Shown here: in pieces, positions 1 through 13,803 of the stretch
How positions within the stretch are numbered: position 1 is the stretch's first letter
How the letters are laid out: each line of letters opens with the position of its first letter
Assembly (NCBI GenBank): GCA_045837725.1
Contig: JBEWZL010000115.1
Span: 62,001 to 126,000, forward strand
Reading direction: 5' to 3'
Length of the DNA: 64,000 bases
DNA from: Vermamoeba vermiformis
Lineage: Eukaryota
Program-made: the position numbers and the translations under genes
Notes under the pieces: model-generated
The model's database searches: none
The model's input: the letters and a program-made list of their open reading frames with translations, nothing else
Told to the model about the DNA's origin: nothing

Positions 1-136
1 GAAGAAGCAACGGGGCCATCTACATAAAAGTCAGAATTTGTTGAGACCAGCCGAAGTGCGTGGCGAACTACATACCAGCCATGGCAATACCGAAGATGGC
101 GAACAAGCAGGCCAAGAAGAAAACAACTTTTTGCAT
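1..136 (-). CDS. 5' end of a secreted protein gene (signal peptide), truncated by window edge
   Basis: ATG at 136 reads MQKVVFFLACLFAIFGIAMA (hydrophobic signal peptide); GTATGT..TAG intron 75-20; continues DGPVAS. Confidence 0.6.
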
Positions 137-487
137 TGTGTGGTGTTTTGTAGAGGTAGAAAATTTAAATGGAGCCAATAAAAAAATATCACTTTTGTCG
201 CTCACGACGGTTGGGTTAACCCGACGCTGAACTAACTAACCGCGTGCAAAGTACTGCAACAACTAGTAGGTCCAGCAACCACTCTTACTTAGACAACGTG
301 AAGCTGTGGGCTAACTGAAGTTGCAATTTTTTTTGATCAGGAACAGTTACGAAAAAATCGCAGAGACGGAGAACACAAACAATACGTCTCTTAGCGATAA
401 ATACACAGACCATCATATTATACACTGAATAAACGTAAACGAGTGGTTCCAAACGGAGCTAACTTTGGATTCGCAGATCCATAAACC

Positions 488-2887
488 ATGTCCAGGTATC
501 GAGTTAATTTTATTATTTATAGGACGTATAAAATCATTGTTGAACAGTTCATAATGTTTCGTTACTTAAAAAGCCTCGTTGTTTAAATAATAATTATTTT
601 ATTAATTACACCTTTTCCTATTATAGTAACAACACCCCAGCCAAGCGTTCGGTAAGAAATTGTTTATAATTGCAATTTATCTCATTTCTCGTTTAGAGAT
701 CCGACAGCAACGGCAAGCCCTCAAAGAAGCAGCGATTATCTACCTCGAACTTAGTCACTGCGCCTAACTTACACGTTTACTCAAAATATATCGATGCTAA
801 AGAGGGCACAGTAATCGACAATATTGATGAAATCCACGAGGAGGACATCCCCAGTATTATTCTTGCCGCGACAGATGATATTGAATTTTATAAGAAAACC
901 ATTGCTGAGCTGCAAGAGAAGGTGAGCCAGCGTGCAAAGGTCAATAATATCCATGTGGCACTAATCTCGTTGGCAGTTAACATTTTGCAAGACGCAAGTA
1001 GGCCTGTGCGGTCAATTGCTCGGTCAGCTCATCGCGAGCAATGCCTCGCGTGTAGACCTCAAGAAGCTGTTGTCACCACAGAGCCAAGACACACCGCGCA
1101 AAAAAGACAAGACCTCACCCGTCCCAATACGATCATTCTCACCTATCAACAGTGCCTTGACTGACACTTCTATCTCGTCACAATTGACTCCTTCAAGCAG
1201 TCAAAAGCGTACAACGGTCACACCGCCGAACAAGACCGTGACGCGCTCAGTGTCCGCGGCTGAAAAGAGCCATTCACTCGCGAGTCCACTTGCTACTGAT
1301 AAACCGAAGAAGAGTGCTGTTCACACGCAGATGTCGAGCGACACTTCATCGAGTGAGGACGGTAAGTAAACGATGATAATAACCACTGTGCATATTTAGC
1401 TCATTTGTACTCAGAGCCTCAAACACCAATGGAAATTGAAGCAGCTGCCAAAGGACGCGTTGCAGCGAACAAAACCAGTTTAGAGCCCGGTTTGTTCTTG
1501 ACTGACAACAAAGTGCGCAGCGTGACCATCGAGACATCGACCTACACTCACGCACACGAAATGAAGCCTCGCTCTCTGATCTTCAACCCTCACCGTCGCG
1601 ACCACTTTGTAAGATTGTTGATTGACAACGCTTTCTAGTTATTAATGGTATAATTTACCAGACTACGGCATCGTTTGATGGAAGCGTTAAATTTTGGCAA
1701 TTCAATGAGAACTACACTGGCGACAAAGCTATTGATGACGACGAAGAACCGTGAGTACAAAGACCCTTTGATGATACCGCGGCTAATGGCAAGCAGAATG
1801 GTTCAAACAGGCATTATCACGGGTAAACACATGAAGCACTCGCGTCCACCAACTGACATTTCTTGGAGCAAATGGGTACGTACACATGCACAGCACCACA
1901 TCAACTAAATTAACACCGTTGTGTAGGAGGAGAGATTGGCGATTTTGTTCCCTCAAGCAGTGTCCGACCAGAAGGGCACTAATTGCCAGTTAGTACTCGT
2001 GGAAGCATCACGCATGCCCACTGTGTCGGGTCTGTTTTTGAACACAAGACCTCACACCAAAGATCCAGTCACTATTCGTTGGATCTCACGCAACAAACTC
2101 GTCAGCGGTGGATTGGATCACGCAATTTGCTCGTGGAATGTCAATTATGACGCTAAGTACGTAACGGGACTGTTCTGGTGATGAAGCTAACAACCTTATT
2201 AGATCGTGTGAAACGAGCGTCTTGCACACTAACCACAGCTCGGGAGTGACAGCTATTCATGTGCTCGACGATTATATTTACTCGGGGGGTTCTGACAAGT
2301 AAGTATTGGTTGTGGTGCCTGTTCTCGTGCTAACTCTTGCAAGGAAATTAATCTGCTGGAACATGAAGACCGAGACAGAAGTACAGCACTTAAAGTTGGA
2401 TGAGAAGGTATGTTTGGCCATAATATGATTGTTGGTTAACTCTAATGTGCTAGATAACGAGCATCACACCGTGCCCAGCACAAGAAAAGATATTTTTAGT
2501 GAGCAAAATGAGTCACTCGTCACAGCTAGCCATCTTTGACTCCAGAACATCCAAGGCTGAGATGACTTTGAGCTACAAATCGGGAATACGCAACTCGTCC
2601 TATGTAACACCGAGCTGGGAGTCTTCGGGCATCGTGGGTCTGCTGCGGCTCAACTGAACCACTGCTGAACTTGTGGGACTTGAGATACGCAGACGCTAAC
2701 TTCCCCGCCTATTCTTGGAAGATGCACAGTAAGTACTCGCTTTGACTTCAATTAGCTACGCACGTGACTCACCATTCACTGAACAGAGAGTCGAATCTTC
2801 AAGGCAGAGTTTGTCCCTCACGAAAACAAGATCTTAACGCTCTCCTCTGACCACTTCCTCGGCTGTCACTCTCTTGTGTTCGATTAA
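488..2887 (+). CDS. WD40-repeat protein with N-terminal coiled-coil/Ser-rich region, multi-exon
   Basis: Spliced exons give PHTKDPVTIRWISRNKLVSGGLDHAICSWNV and NHSSGVTAIHVLDDYIYSGGSDKKLICWNM (WD repeats); many short GT-AG introns; stop TAA 2885-2887. Confidence 0.7.
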
Positions 2888-3023
2888 ATTGCATTTTTGT
2901 ATGAAATATCACGTGCGGAATAATAGTAATAAAATTTTTGGGCTTGTTAGTTTCAAATGCGCGGTACTATTGTCGTTGTTGGTATTGGATTGGACGCCAC
3001 AGGGGCCTTAAGTTCATTACACC

Positions 3024-6000
3024 ATGCAACCAACTGCCCTCAAAGAGTTGTGGACAAGCAAACCATTCGGATCGGAATGGCACGAGTTTCCATCGCAAAC
3101 TTCTCCTAATAAACCACTAGATATCGCGAAAAAAATATTGCGGTTTCCATCTTATAGGTATCTATTATTATTGGCACTACGATTGAAATAACAAAAAAAA
3201 ATTTGTAGATGCATTGCTTGGTCAATAGAAAATATTATAGCATATGCGCCAATAGAGGGATATTATGTACCTGGCAGGTAAGTGTAAAATGCATTTTTAA
3301 AAATTTTTAAAAGAATTAATTTCGCTGATCCAAACTGTCACAATCAATACACCTAATTTATTATGCATTTGGCGTAAAAAATATATTTAATATTATTTTT
3401 ACAGCGAGGAAGCTCGACAGCATGTCATCCACTTAATTAGACCAGATGAGCCATACGAACACACCACTATTGTAACGGACCACAAATCTCCTATTGTACA
3501 TTTAGAATGGTCTCCATTACATGCGTGGAAGATGACGAGTTTTCTTCTATCAGCGGACAGGTTAGGCCACGTTGAGATCTGGCAACCCAAGGTCCGTTAT
3601 TGACACTTATTAATAGAAAATGCTAATACCAATTTACAGGAAGAATTTGTTAATGAATGGAGGTTGTTCAGTACAATAGATTTAGAGCCGCTAGTAATGA
3701 TTAAATGGCTGAATTATCCTCGAAAGGTGGGTAGTAATATTGAAATACGTTTTTCTCAAGTATGAATGGTTACTAATAACTATTGCAGTACAATTTGGAT
3801 GCGCCTGTTGAAGCTAATGACTTCAGACGAAAATTTTTTACCTTTGACGAAGACGTTGGTAATATTTTTAATGCGTGTCCGCTGGTGCAATCAATAAACG
3901 CAGTTGATATATAGGCGAGGACGTCCTTCATCACGCATTTGTCAGTCTGTCAGTGAGTGGCAAATTAACCTTCGCATATCATGTACATAACAACTGGATC
4001 TTGCTCACGCACGACTTGAGAAACTACGGCGCACCTGTCTCACACGCAGACCTCAACTTTTATAGCAGTATGTCACTACAATATAACGTGTTATATATAT
4101 TCAAAGCTGAATCTAATGTCGTTTTAGTGCAAAGCGGTGTACTCGCAGTGAGCGGGTTCAATTCATCACTGCGCCACACAATAACAATTTACAACTTCCA
4201 AATCAACATCAAAGAGTCACAATTGACATGCACAGCCATTCAACAGATTGAAGTCGTGTCAGCAGACATGCCATTAGCAGTGGACAGCCTGCACCGCGAA
4301 CACATGCCCGTGCTCGATCAAATGGACGAAAGTGCAGGCATCGATGACGACGATGAATTCAATCCTGCAGCGATCAATTTGCTCGAAACTGAAGCGAACA
4401 CTGGCCCCGTCAAGAGTCCCATTCACATTGCATTCTCGCCGATTCACTGGACTGTGTTCTTTGTGGTCAGCGTGGCAGGTAAGACCTCGGCTAGCACAAT
4501 ATGTAATCGACCAGATTGATTAACATTTCTCCTTAGCAAATGGTGACTGCTTCCTCGAGAAGTGGCAGTGGACTAAAACACAATTCAATTTTGATCCGAG
4601 CTTTGATCTGACCACTGCTCCGCCCACTACACTCGACGTAAGTATACGCTGGTAATATGCATTGATGGCTCACACTTAAACAGGAATATCGACCCTCGTA
4701 CATTAAATTAAGCTCGCGGTGCAATCCCGATATTGTAGCGAAACTACTGCCTGATCAACGTGACCCGCGCATCGGCACTGATTTTGTCACGGACTTGAAA
4801 GTGACTGAGAACAATTTGGCCGTTCTTTCCTTCATCGACGGACATGTGGAGCTCTATGACGGGTGTGTTATATTCAAACATGCTTTTGCAAACTAACATT
4901 TGTGGATAGAAATTCACTGAAGCTCGTCGGAAGCTTTGAAGGTCATCGCAGTGAAATGTTTGTTGAGGACGGCTTCGGCATCAAACAGGAGTCCGAGACC
5001 GTTGACGACATTTTGGGCATTGACATGGGTGACACGGACGTCAAAAACACCAGTACGTGACTTATATGGTCTTTGTGAGGTACCTAACAATGGTTTACAG
5101 ACAAGCGCAAGTTCGATTTGATGGCACAGATGGGCGATGTGGATATGCAGCCGAATGTCAAGCGACGAAAAATCACGAGTGTGGACAGTCAAAGTGCACT
5201 GATAGACACAACACACTTGATTTCTAGTCTCGGACTCGATGCTGGATCTCGAATGAGTAAGAGCAGTGCGTATAGTACCAGTTGTATTAATGTGATTTTG
5301 TCAGACAAAGCATCAAAGAGGCCGCCAGTACCAGTCTCAATCACCTTTTCACCGAACAACAACTGTTGCATGGCAGTGCTGTATTACAATACTGAACTGC
5401 AACTTGTGCCACTAGCACCAGTCTACCCATCGCAATCGACATGTAAGCTCAATAATATGCCATTATAATCTAAGTCTAATACTTGCTAGTCACTCCTGCA
5501 CGGTGGATCGCGAATCTGTTCCAGTCATCCATTGCACGCAACACTGACTTCTGGGACATTGTCGCGCTGTTGTGCACTTGGACTCATCTGCCTAAATATC
5601 GAGGCAAGTATTGTTGTGTTGATCAATGGTCTAGTGGTACTAACAGGTCGCTTTAGGCATGCACAAAGAAGTGTTGTTGTATTTATTACAAGATTGGGAA
5701 TATCTACAGCCTGCTTACAAGTCATTTGTATTCGCACAACACGAGGCCATTAAGTCGGCTATTTATCGTAGTGTGCCGAATATGAGTGTTAATTATGCGA
5801 ACAGTCAGTCGAAGCTATTCATCAATTACATGTTGCAAATATTCAGATTTTCGATCCGCAATACAACGGTCATTCGTAAGTGCAATAGATGCTTGATTGG
5901 ATCTTTAACTTACCGTTAATTGATGCGCAGAAACAAGCTTTATGGACCGCGAAGACGAAGTGGATCCGTCCAATCAAAACACGCCCACACCATTCATCGA

Positions 6001-7254
6001 GTCATTGGGCGCTCAAAACACCAATGTTGTTATTGTGCCGTGTAAGTGATACGCAAATGCAGTGGTTGTGAAGTCGCGGATTTAATTGTGAAATTTCCTT
6101 TAGTCGACAAAGAAGCCATGCAAACCTTGTCGCCTTTTGTAGACTGGTTCATTCAATATTGCGCCTCAGCACGCAAAGGATTGCAATCGTTTATTGTGCG
6201 ACATTCCCCGCAACAATTGCAGCAGCACGGTTCGTTACTAGCGTCCTATTTAAATGAGTTCCATCAGCTCGAAGTCAAGCCAATGAACTTGGATCAGTTT
6301 TTTGCAGTCGCGCCGGATGATATTCTCGACTTTGGCGTAAGTGGAGATAATATTGCAATAACAACAATTTTAATCGTTGAAATTAGGTTGATTTGATTTG
6401 CGATCGCGATACTTATTTCACAATGCGAGAAGTGTCGTATTATGCCTCTTTATATGCCAGACAAAAATACACGCCCAATCCACTCTCAGCCGTGGCCAAG
6501 GCGCCCTCGGTGCCAGGCGCGGTGCCCCCACAGCAGCAACAAGCCATGCAACAAAAGCGCACGCAGTTTGTTATGTCGCTGCAGTCCATCAATCGATTCG
6601 CCAATCAATTCCGACGCATGCTGCACGCATTTGGTGTCAGACGTAAGTGTTCAAACCACTTTATGGTTGATTGTTCGCTAGTAACACTTGCAAACAGCGG
6701 ACAGCTTCTCGTTGGATGACGTGCCCAAACGCATGGAGACGATTACCAGCCAATTGATGGCAAGTCTGATGAAACAACAACAGCGTCAAGCCCTCACCGT
6801 GTTCACGCTGTCGCAGACTGTGCCGGTAGCACTCGACTTGCTGCCGTATCGATTCAAAGTACTCGAGACCAATGTGGTAAGTTCTGTTCGATTCGTCCAG
6901 TGCAAGTAGCAGGCACGCACTAACCACGAGCAGATTGGTGCGCAGGGATTTCTCGTCGATACCAAAACCATCACAGATGTCCACACCCCAGAACAGACGA
7001 TGGACTTGCACTTCTATCACCTGCACAACACATTTTACCTCAAGCGCACGAAGCTCAAAGATGTGCAGGCCTTGGATATGCTCGATGTCGTAACGCACAT
7101 TAAATTGCAACCGAAAGATTATGTGCGCCAATGCACGCGTTGCAACAGGATCTCAGCGCTGATCAACAAGTCCACGGTGGTGCAGTGGTACAATCAGTGG
7201 GTCTACGCCTGTCCGGTGTGCGCGGGCAGATGGAAAAAAGTACCGATCGAATAA
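3024..7254 (+). CDS. MED16: Mediator subunit Med16/Sin4-like, multi-exon
   Basis: N-terminal CIAWS..NIIA, HKSPIVHLEWSP, LLSADRLGHVEIW..FVNEW and C-terminal zinc ribbon RQCTRC...QWVYACPVCAGRWK resemble Med16. Confidence 0.75.
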
Positions 7255-7364
7255 CCGAGCTATTTGTAGCATTTGATGTATAAAAGAGTCCTACCAAACA
7301 CCCATTCAATTAGGAGTTCATTCTTGTTCCTTGGACTGATTCGCATTATGGGAGGAAGTTGAGA

Positions 7365-7956
7365 TCATAAATCGCTGAAAATATCTTGGCATTCAGCTGG
7401 TGGAATTTCCCTGGAGAAACGCTCGTGTTGCTTGAGTGTAACGTTGCTAAAGCACCTTTTAAAGCGACGTTTATTAGATTGGTTGTACGGTGATTTACAA
7501 TTTTTCGGGTTGGTTTAATTTGCAATGCTTGCGAATACTGCGGAGACGATTCAAATCAGCAGCATCTTGCTCCTCATAATGGCTTAGTATTGCGATTGAA
7601 TAATTATCCACTTTTAAAGAGTTCTTAAACTTTGTTGAGAATGATTGCAAACTTTTTTGGCGTGGCTCAATTGATTTGCACCTATAAATATCACCTAAGT
7701 GTATCGGATATGCGATAAATTTTAAAATTAAACATGAATATGATGCTGAGTGGATTGAATGGCGGATGATTTTGCCTTTTTGAGGAATACACGTGTCAGA
7801 ACACTGCAACACGACGCTGTGCCTCGCGACTTTAAAGACTGGTACAAATGTAAATATACATTTGATAATCGTGCTGGCAATATGCACGGATAAACAATTA
7901 ATAAGATTGTGGATCAACCAATCATAAATCGCCGTGTCATCGCAATAATTGAACAT
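7365..7956 (-). CDS. Possible small hypothetical spliced gene
   Basis: 153-aa ORF in AT-rich DNA; a GT-AG intron near 7497-7456 would extend it to TGA at 7365; no recognisable domain, 5' end unknown. Confidence 0.25.
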
Positions 7957-8684
7957 TAAATAAGATTATTATCATCTTAGATCGGTCGATAAGCCTCAAA
8001 ATGTTCGTTGATGCATTAGATCCGCTTAAGCAACGAGTTCGATCGATGCTAATGATGTGTCATGCATGGCAGGGAGTGATCCGCCGCACAAAATCATTTT
8101 CACTGAACGCTCGCGACAAATATTCATTCAATCCGCGTGCAACAGCGTGGCCGATTCAATTCTTTCGTTGTGTTTGTTCGATAATCTCAAAAAAGCGCCC
8201 AGTAATCTGAGATATCATTGAAAATCCGTTCAGTAAATTCGAAAATTATTTGATCAGCGGAAATCTGGAAATATAATATCCGAAGATGGAATGAGGCCGT
8301 TGTGGCGTGCGATGGATCTGCGGCCTAGCAATCGAATTACCGTTGCTGCAGCTACGATTATGAGCACGATTATACCGTGTGATGCTAGTACACGTTGCTT
8401 CCGATCATTCCGCGCTGATTATTCGCGCCAATGCGATAAATAAGACTAATTTGCAGCAGTTTACGATCAATTCAGCGCTCGTGCAGTGTGATCGGCAATT
8501 TATATACAAACATTTGTAAACACTTCTTTGATTCACGCGATTAACTTTCCTCCGCAATCAAACTTAATTTATTGAGTTAATTTGGCGCTTTTCTTCTTTT
8601 GTCAAATCAAAACACACGTAACACCAAGCGGCTCGAATACAGATCTGGATCCATAATTAAACGTTTCGAAATCAAACCGTCCCA

Positions 8685-9146
8685 ATGGACATGGACGAAA
8701 ACAGCGAGAAAAAGCGAAAGACATCTGATAAGCAACGCGAATATTACACTAATAAGCGGCGGAAGACGGAGAATGTTGAGAACGACAGACAGCGCGCTAA
8801 AAAGAATCGGGAAAAGAAGAAAAAAGAGCTCGAGCAACTTCGTGAAGAAGTAGAGACATTGCGTGAGGAGAATAAGAGATTGAAACAACGACTAGATGAA
8901 AATGAAGTCACGATCGACAACTTGACTACATTTATCGATAACTTAAAGCACCGCTTGACAGAGACGCAATCCACCGGCGGAGATCGAAGTATAAATGCGT
9001 TCAATCAAAATAGCGCGGCGAGTAATAGTCACAGCAGCAGCTACAGCAACTCTCCGCCCAAGGACACGCCGATCGGAAATAATGTCAATGCTCTCCGACC
9101 TGGAAGGAGGAGGCTTGCAACGAAAGAAATTGATTTGAATAGTTAA
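8685..9146 (+). CDS. bZIP transcription factor (intronless)
   Basis: Basic region NDRQRAKKNREKKK followed by a leucine heptad repeat LREEVETLREENKRLKQRL. Confidence 0.75.
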   Translation: MDMDENSEKKRKTSDKQREYYTNKRRKTENVENDRQRAKKNREKKKKELEQLREEVETLREENKRLKQRLDENEVTIDNLTTFIDNLKHRLTETQSTGGDRSINAFNQNSAASNSHSSSYSNSPPKDTPIGNNVNALRPGRRRLATKEIDLNS

Positions 9147-9700
9147 CTAACGATAATAACTTTAAAATAAACATGTAAATAGTTGTGCGACGATCGCGAT
9201 CAGGTTTTGTTTTGCTAACTCAGCGGGAATGTTTCCATAGGTAAAGGGAAGAAAGTGTAGACAAATATGATCCAAACGTAACAAAAAAAACGGGGAATTT
9301 ACCTGTTTTAGCTCCATGTCACCGAAATTCAATTTTGCAAATCCACACTTCTCGGTTTGGTGTTCAAAGCTCGCGACTACAATAAATATGAATAATTAGA
9401 GTATAAGACTTGGGAATAGACAGCAGTAATTTATCCTGAGCTGGAGAAAGTGAAGTATTTCAAAAAATAATAATTACAACTTACCTCCTGTGCTGTACGA
9501 TGAGAGAAGTTTGTTGGCACTTCGATTGAACCCTCGCAGTAATATTATTGTTGGTTAACGCTTGTGCATTGCAGCTTGAATTAATTCACAAGCAAGAAAA
9601 TCTTGCTGTTCGATCAGGGTTGCTTGTCGGGGTTAAACGAATCTTTTTGCTGCTGTTCAATTTATAATTACACTACACGTATATAACCACATAATTAATA

Positions 9701-10251
9701 ATGTCTACTTGCCCACAGTGCCAAAAAACGGTCTACTTTGCCGGTGAGTTTGAGTCTGAGTAACAATCCTTTTTTATTCTACGGAGAATAAAAAACTTGC
9801 TGAGTGACAATTTCGCTTTTCTTTATTAACCACAATGTGTAGAGCGACAAATGGGTCCTGATGGCAAGGATTGGCACAAGTCCTGCTTGATCAAGTACGT
9901 ATCTGCGTCATAATTATCATTTATTTTCAAAAATTCTAAAAAAATCCCCAATATAGGTACAAGCAAAACAAGCCTCGTGAAGCTGGGTAGGTGCACTAAT
10001 TAATTAATTACAATTCCATACCGGGCATAACTGTCAAGATTCTTTCACAAAAATTCAGATCCTAATTGACCTTTTTTTCAGCGCTTTTGAGAGCTATCCC
10101 CACCAAGGAGGTAACTACTTTCCTTATTAATTACTATTAATGAGTTATTAACGTAACATCATTATTAGCTTCGGCTGCCGACTTGTGCTCGTGCGGTGCC
10201 AAACACGCCCCCGGTGCTAAATTCTGCGCTCAATGCGGCAAGAAAGTTTAA
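9701..10251 (+). CDS. Small 5-exon zinc-finger protein: half-LIM finger plus C-terminal zinc ribbon
   Basis: Spliced: MSTCPQCQKTVYFAERQMGPDGKDWHKSCLIKYKQNKPREAGAFESYPHQGASAADLCSCGAKHAPGAKFCAQCGKKV; four canonical introns keep frame; missed by the ORF track. Confidence 0.8.
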
Positions 10252-10525
10252 ACCATTATTGTAGACTATTATAATACTCTATAGTGCCTATTGAGTTGTT
10301 AGGTGAACCGAGTGTCACCGACAAAATACAAATAAAATTTACTCAATACGAATGCAGCGCGATACGTTTTTCAGCATTAAATTAGCAAGTGTTATTATTA
10401 ACAAGTACAAAGTTCAGAACTACACTAGAACCAGATCCAAAGTGAATTTGGCGAGTCAGTTCATTGACCTGCCAAACATCATTGGCATCAATCAAAATAT
10501 CTTACATAAGTGCAATCAGTCGAGA

Positions 10526-13311
10526 TTACGCGTTAGAACTCGTTTTCAAAGGTCTGCCCACGCTCTTGTCCCACTCTGCTTTGTTCGCTTTGTAGTCGTC
10601 GCGCAGTTTGAGCAGTTTGTCGTACAGTTCAGGCGAGTCTGGTCGACTGTCCTTGTCGGGCAGGAAGGTGTGTCGAATGAGTTCTGCGAGGGGCTCAGGG
10701 GTCTCTGGCGGAATGGTCGGACGCAAGTTCATCATGCAGGCCTGAATCAGAATTTGGAAGTCGAACTCGAGGTTCTTGTACTCTTCGTAAGGCTTCTCAT
10801 ATTTGCCCTTGACAATGCGATTGGCCATCTCCCACAGAATAATGCCGATTGAATACACGTCTGAACGAGAAGTAAATTTTTCACAGTTGTAAACCTCGGG
10901 GGCAATGTACATGTAAGTGCCTAGTACGTGATAGACGTGAGCTTATAGGCCTACAAGTGCAATTAATGGACTGTACGTACCACGACACTTGTTGAGAGTG
11001 GCCAAGTTGCTGCTCGTGTCAAATCGTGACAGACCAAAGTCACACACTTTGACTTGCCAGTCTTCCGTCACCAGCAAGTTGAGTGTCTTCAAGTCGCGGT
11101 GCAGCACTTTGTGGCCGTGCAAGTCTTTGATGGCACTCACCATTTCAATGGCGAACTGGAAGAATCGGTCCCAGTCAAATACAATGGACTCGTCGCGCAA
11201 CACATCGTAGAGCGAGCCTCTGTTGCAGAACTCCATGACCATGATCAGTTTGTTCTTTTGAATGCCCGCTCCAAACAGATGCACCACATGTGGGGAGCGA
11301 ATGGCCCACAGAATTTCAAACTCCTTTTTGAACTCTTCAATCTCTTTCGCGGTGTTCTGTGATTTGAGCACTTTAATCGCAACCTCTTCTTCTTTGTAAT
11401 AGCCCTTGAACACTTCACCACTGGCACCTGAGCCGAGTGATTCAGCGAACACGAGTTCTGATTGGTCAATTTCCCACTTCTCTGCCTCCACGCTAGTAAT
11501 GACTGTTAGACAATTCTTTGCAATTATAGTGCGAACAGACTTACACAGTGTAGTTGCCTGATTTGGTCAGATCGACTGCCTTGCGCGCTGATTGCACTAA
11601 TTGGCGGCGCAAATAACTCTCTTGTTTGCGGATCTGACGACGCTTCTCAGCATTGTCACGCTTCTCTTTCAACTTCTTTTCAGGATCTTGCTCTTGCAGC
11701 TGTTGAATGAGCTCGTACAGCTGTTTGCGGTCTTTAGAGTCGGGGATCAACTTCTGCCACTGTTCGCGCGTCACATCGGGCAACAAATACAAGTAAAATT
11801 CGTTCTGCAAGAAGACGCTCTTGTACTTGGTCATGCCAACCTTCTCGAGCCAGTCCACCATGTCCTTCGTCTCTTTCAATATCTCCACGATCTTCGTGAA
11901 TCCGCCTTCTTTGGCGACATCGAGTGTGCTGGGCGCTGAGTCTTTGGGTGAAATATCTGCGCCGTTTCGGAGCAACAAAGTGACTAATTTGGGAGCACCG
12001 AGTCTGACTGCGTAGTGAATGGGTGTCTCACCGCTCTTGGTGCCGAGATTCAGATTGGCTTTGTTTTTGAGCAGCATGTCAATCATGAACAGATTCATCG
12101 TCTGGTTGAACACAGCTTGGTGCATCGGTGTCTCGCCGAGGTCATTTTGAATGTTCACGTCAGCACCGCGCTGCAAAAACAAATCAAATGTCTTGGAGCA
12201 GTCTGGGGCCGTGCATCGCTTGCAAAACACGTGGAACGGACTGTTGCCGTCCATATTTCTGAAGTTGACGTTGGTCTTGGGGTGTTGCAACAATTTGTTC
12301 AAGATGGTGATGCCGTCCTCGCTGAAATCATTCATGCTCGCAGCCCAGTGCAGCGCGGTCTCTTTGCGCTTGTCTGCTTCATTCACATCCGCTCCTGACT
12401 TGAGCAGCTCTTCTAGGCGCACCAAGTCTTTGTTTTTGATAACTTCCAAGAACGGTGTCTTGACCTTGGTGTCGCTGCTACTCGCGCCACTGTTCACTAA
12501 ATGCAAACGAAGACGCAACTTGCCGCTGACAGGGTCACCAGGCTTTTGTGGCTCGAGTTCAAACCAGTCTTCAATCTCTTTGCCGTCCTCGAGCAGTGAC
12601 ATGGGCACTTTGAACTGGCCCATGCGATCAGCTGTGCTCATAAAGTCCCAGTCGTAGCACTTGACGAGAATTTCTTTCACTTTCGATCCAACCTTCTTGC
12701 TGCACGCACGACCTCGTTAATAGAGTGCCCCACTGCACGATTGTTCCGCTAGGGTTGGAATACTGGTGGTGTACTTACAACGACATGACTTCACTCTGCG
12801 AGCCAATGCGCCACTTGGGATTGAGTGTGTTTTTGATCGTCTTCGTCTTCTTCTGTTTGTTGCCTACAATACACACCACGAACGGATCCGAAGTCCCATC
12901 CGAGTCCATGGCAACCAAATCTCTGCCTTCCACGACTAAAAACACCACATTAGTTAAATACGGTGATAAATATTTGTTCAAGGAAGCTAATTTTAGCAGA
13001 CGTGGAGGTAACTTTGATCAATTATTTTATTTGTTAATTTCATATTGAATGCGAACAGGAATATTACATGCCATATATTATTATTTCGAGCATTTTTTGG
13101 CATTATTAATGACGTCTGATAAATGACGAATTTTTGTTAACGGTTATCTGATTTAAAAAGCTAACAGGGCAATAAACAATTAGATTCTAACTATTTTAAG
13201 TATAAATAATTATATCAAGATCAAGGTTCAACCTTGCTAACTTTAAATGAGTCATTATACGTAATTTGAAATTGAATTACCTTCAATCTTGAGCACTTTA
13301 TCTTTGGACAT
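10526..13311 (-). CDS. C2 + ankyrin repeat + SAM + TKL-family protein kinase
   Basis: C2 (VEGRDLVAMDSDGTSDPFV, KTIKNTLNPKW, YDWD); ankyrin (ETALHWAA, TPMHQAV, TPIHYAV); SAM (DWLEKVGMTKYKSVF); kinase GSGASG, HRDLKTLN, DFG, APE. Confidence 0.9.
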
Positions 13312-13803
13312 CGTGATTATTAACAAAACATAATATAATTAAAAATACAGTAGACCCGGTATATTTTATACAATAATAAACCTTTTACGACGCGGTCGGT
13401 TTTTCGATCCGACTTTTATCTTCCGAAGAATTTTTGCGCAAATCAAACCATTTCCTAATTTGGAAAGACCTCCGCAACTCTCTTGCACGAGGCCACGGAG
13501 ACTCGTACTCGGTAGATTGTATACGAGCGTAGATTACTGTAAACGAAGAAAGCAAATGTAGTGGTAGCTTCTCACATTTTTTTCTCCTACAATTGACAGC
13601 TTCGTTCGTGGCTCGTTTAGCCTGCGTGAAAACACAATTGTTGACCACTTATAGGCAGTTGAGTAGCTCATTCTTCGATGGGACAGCTATTTGTACCAAA
13701 GACCTTAGTGAATGTTCTAGAACTCGATGTTCCTGAATTCAACAATTATTTACGACACTGTTCACCACACTAGGCGACACTAACAGCGCAATCATACTAA
13801 TCA

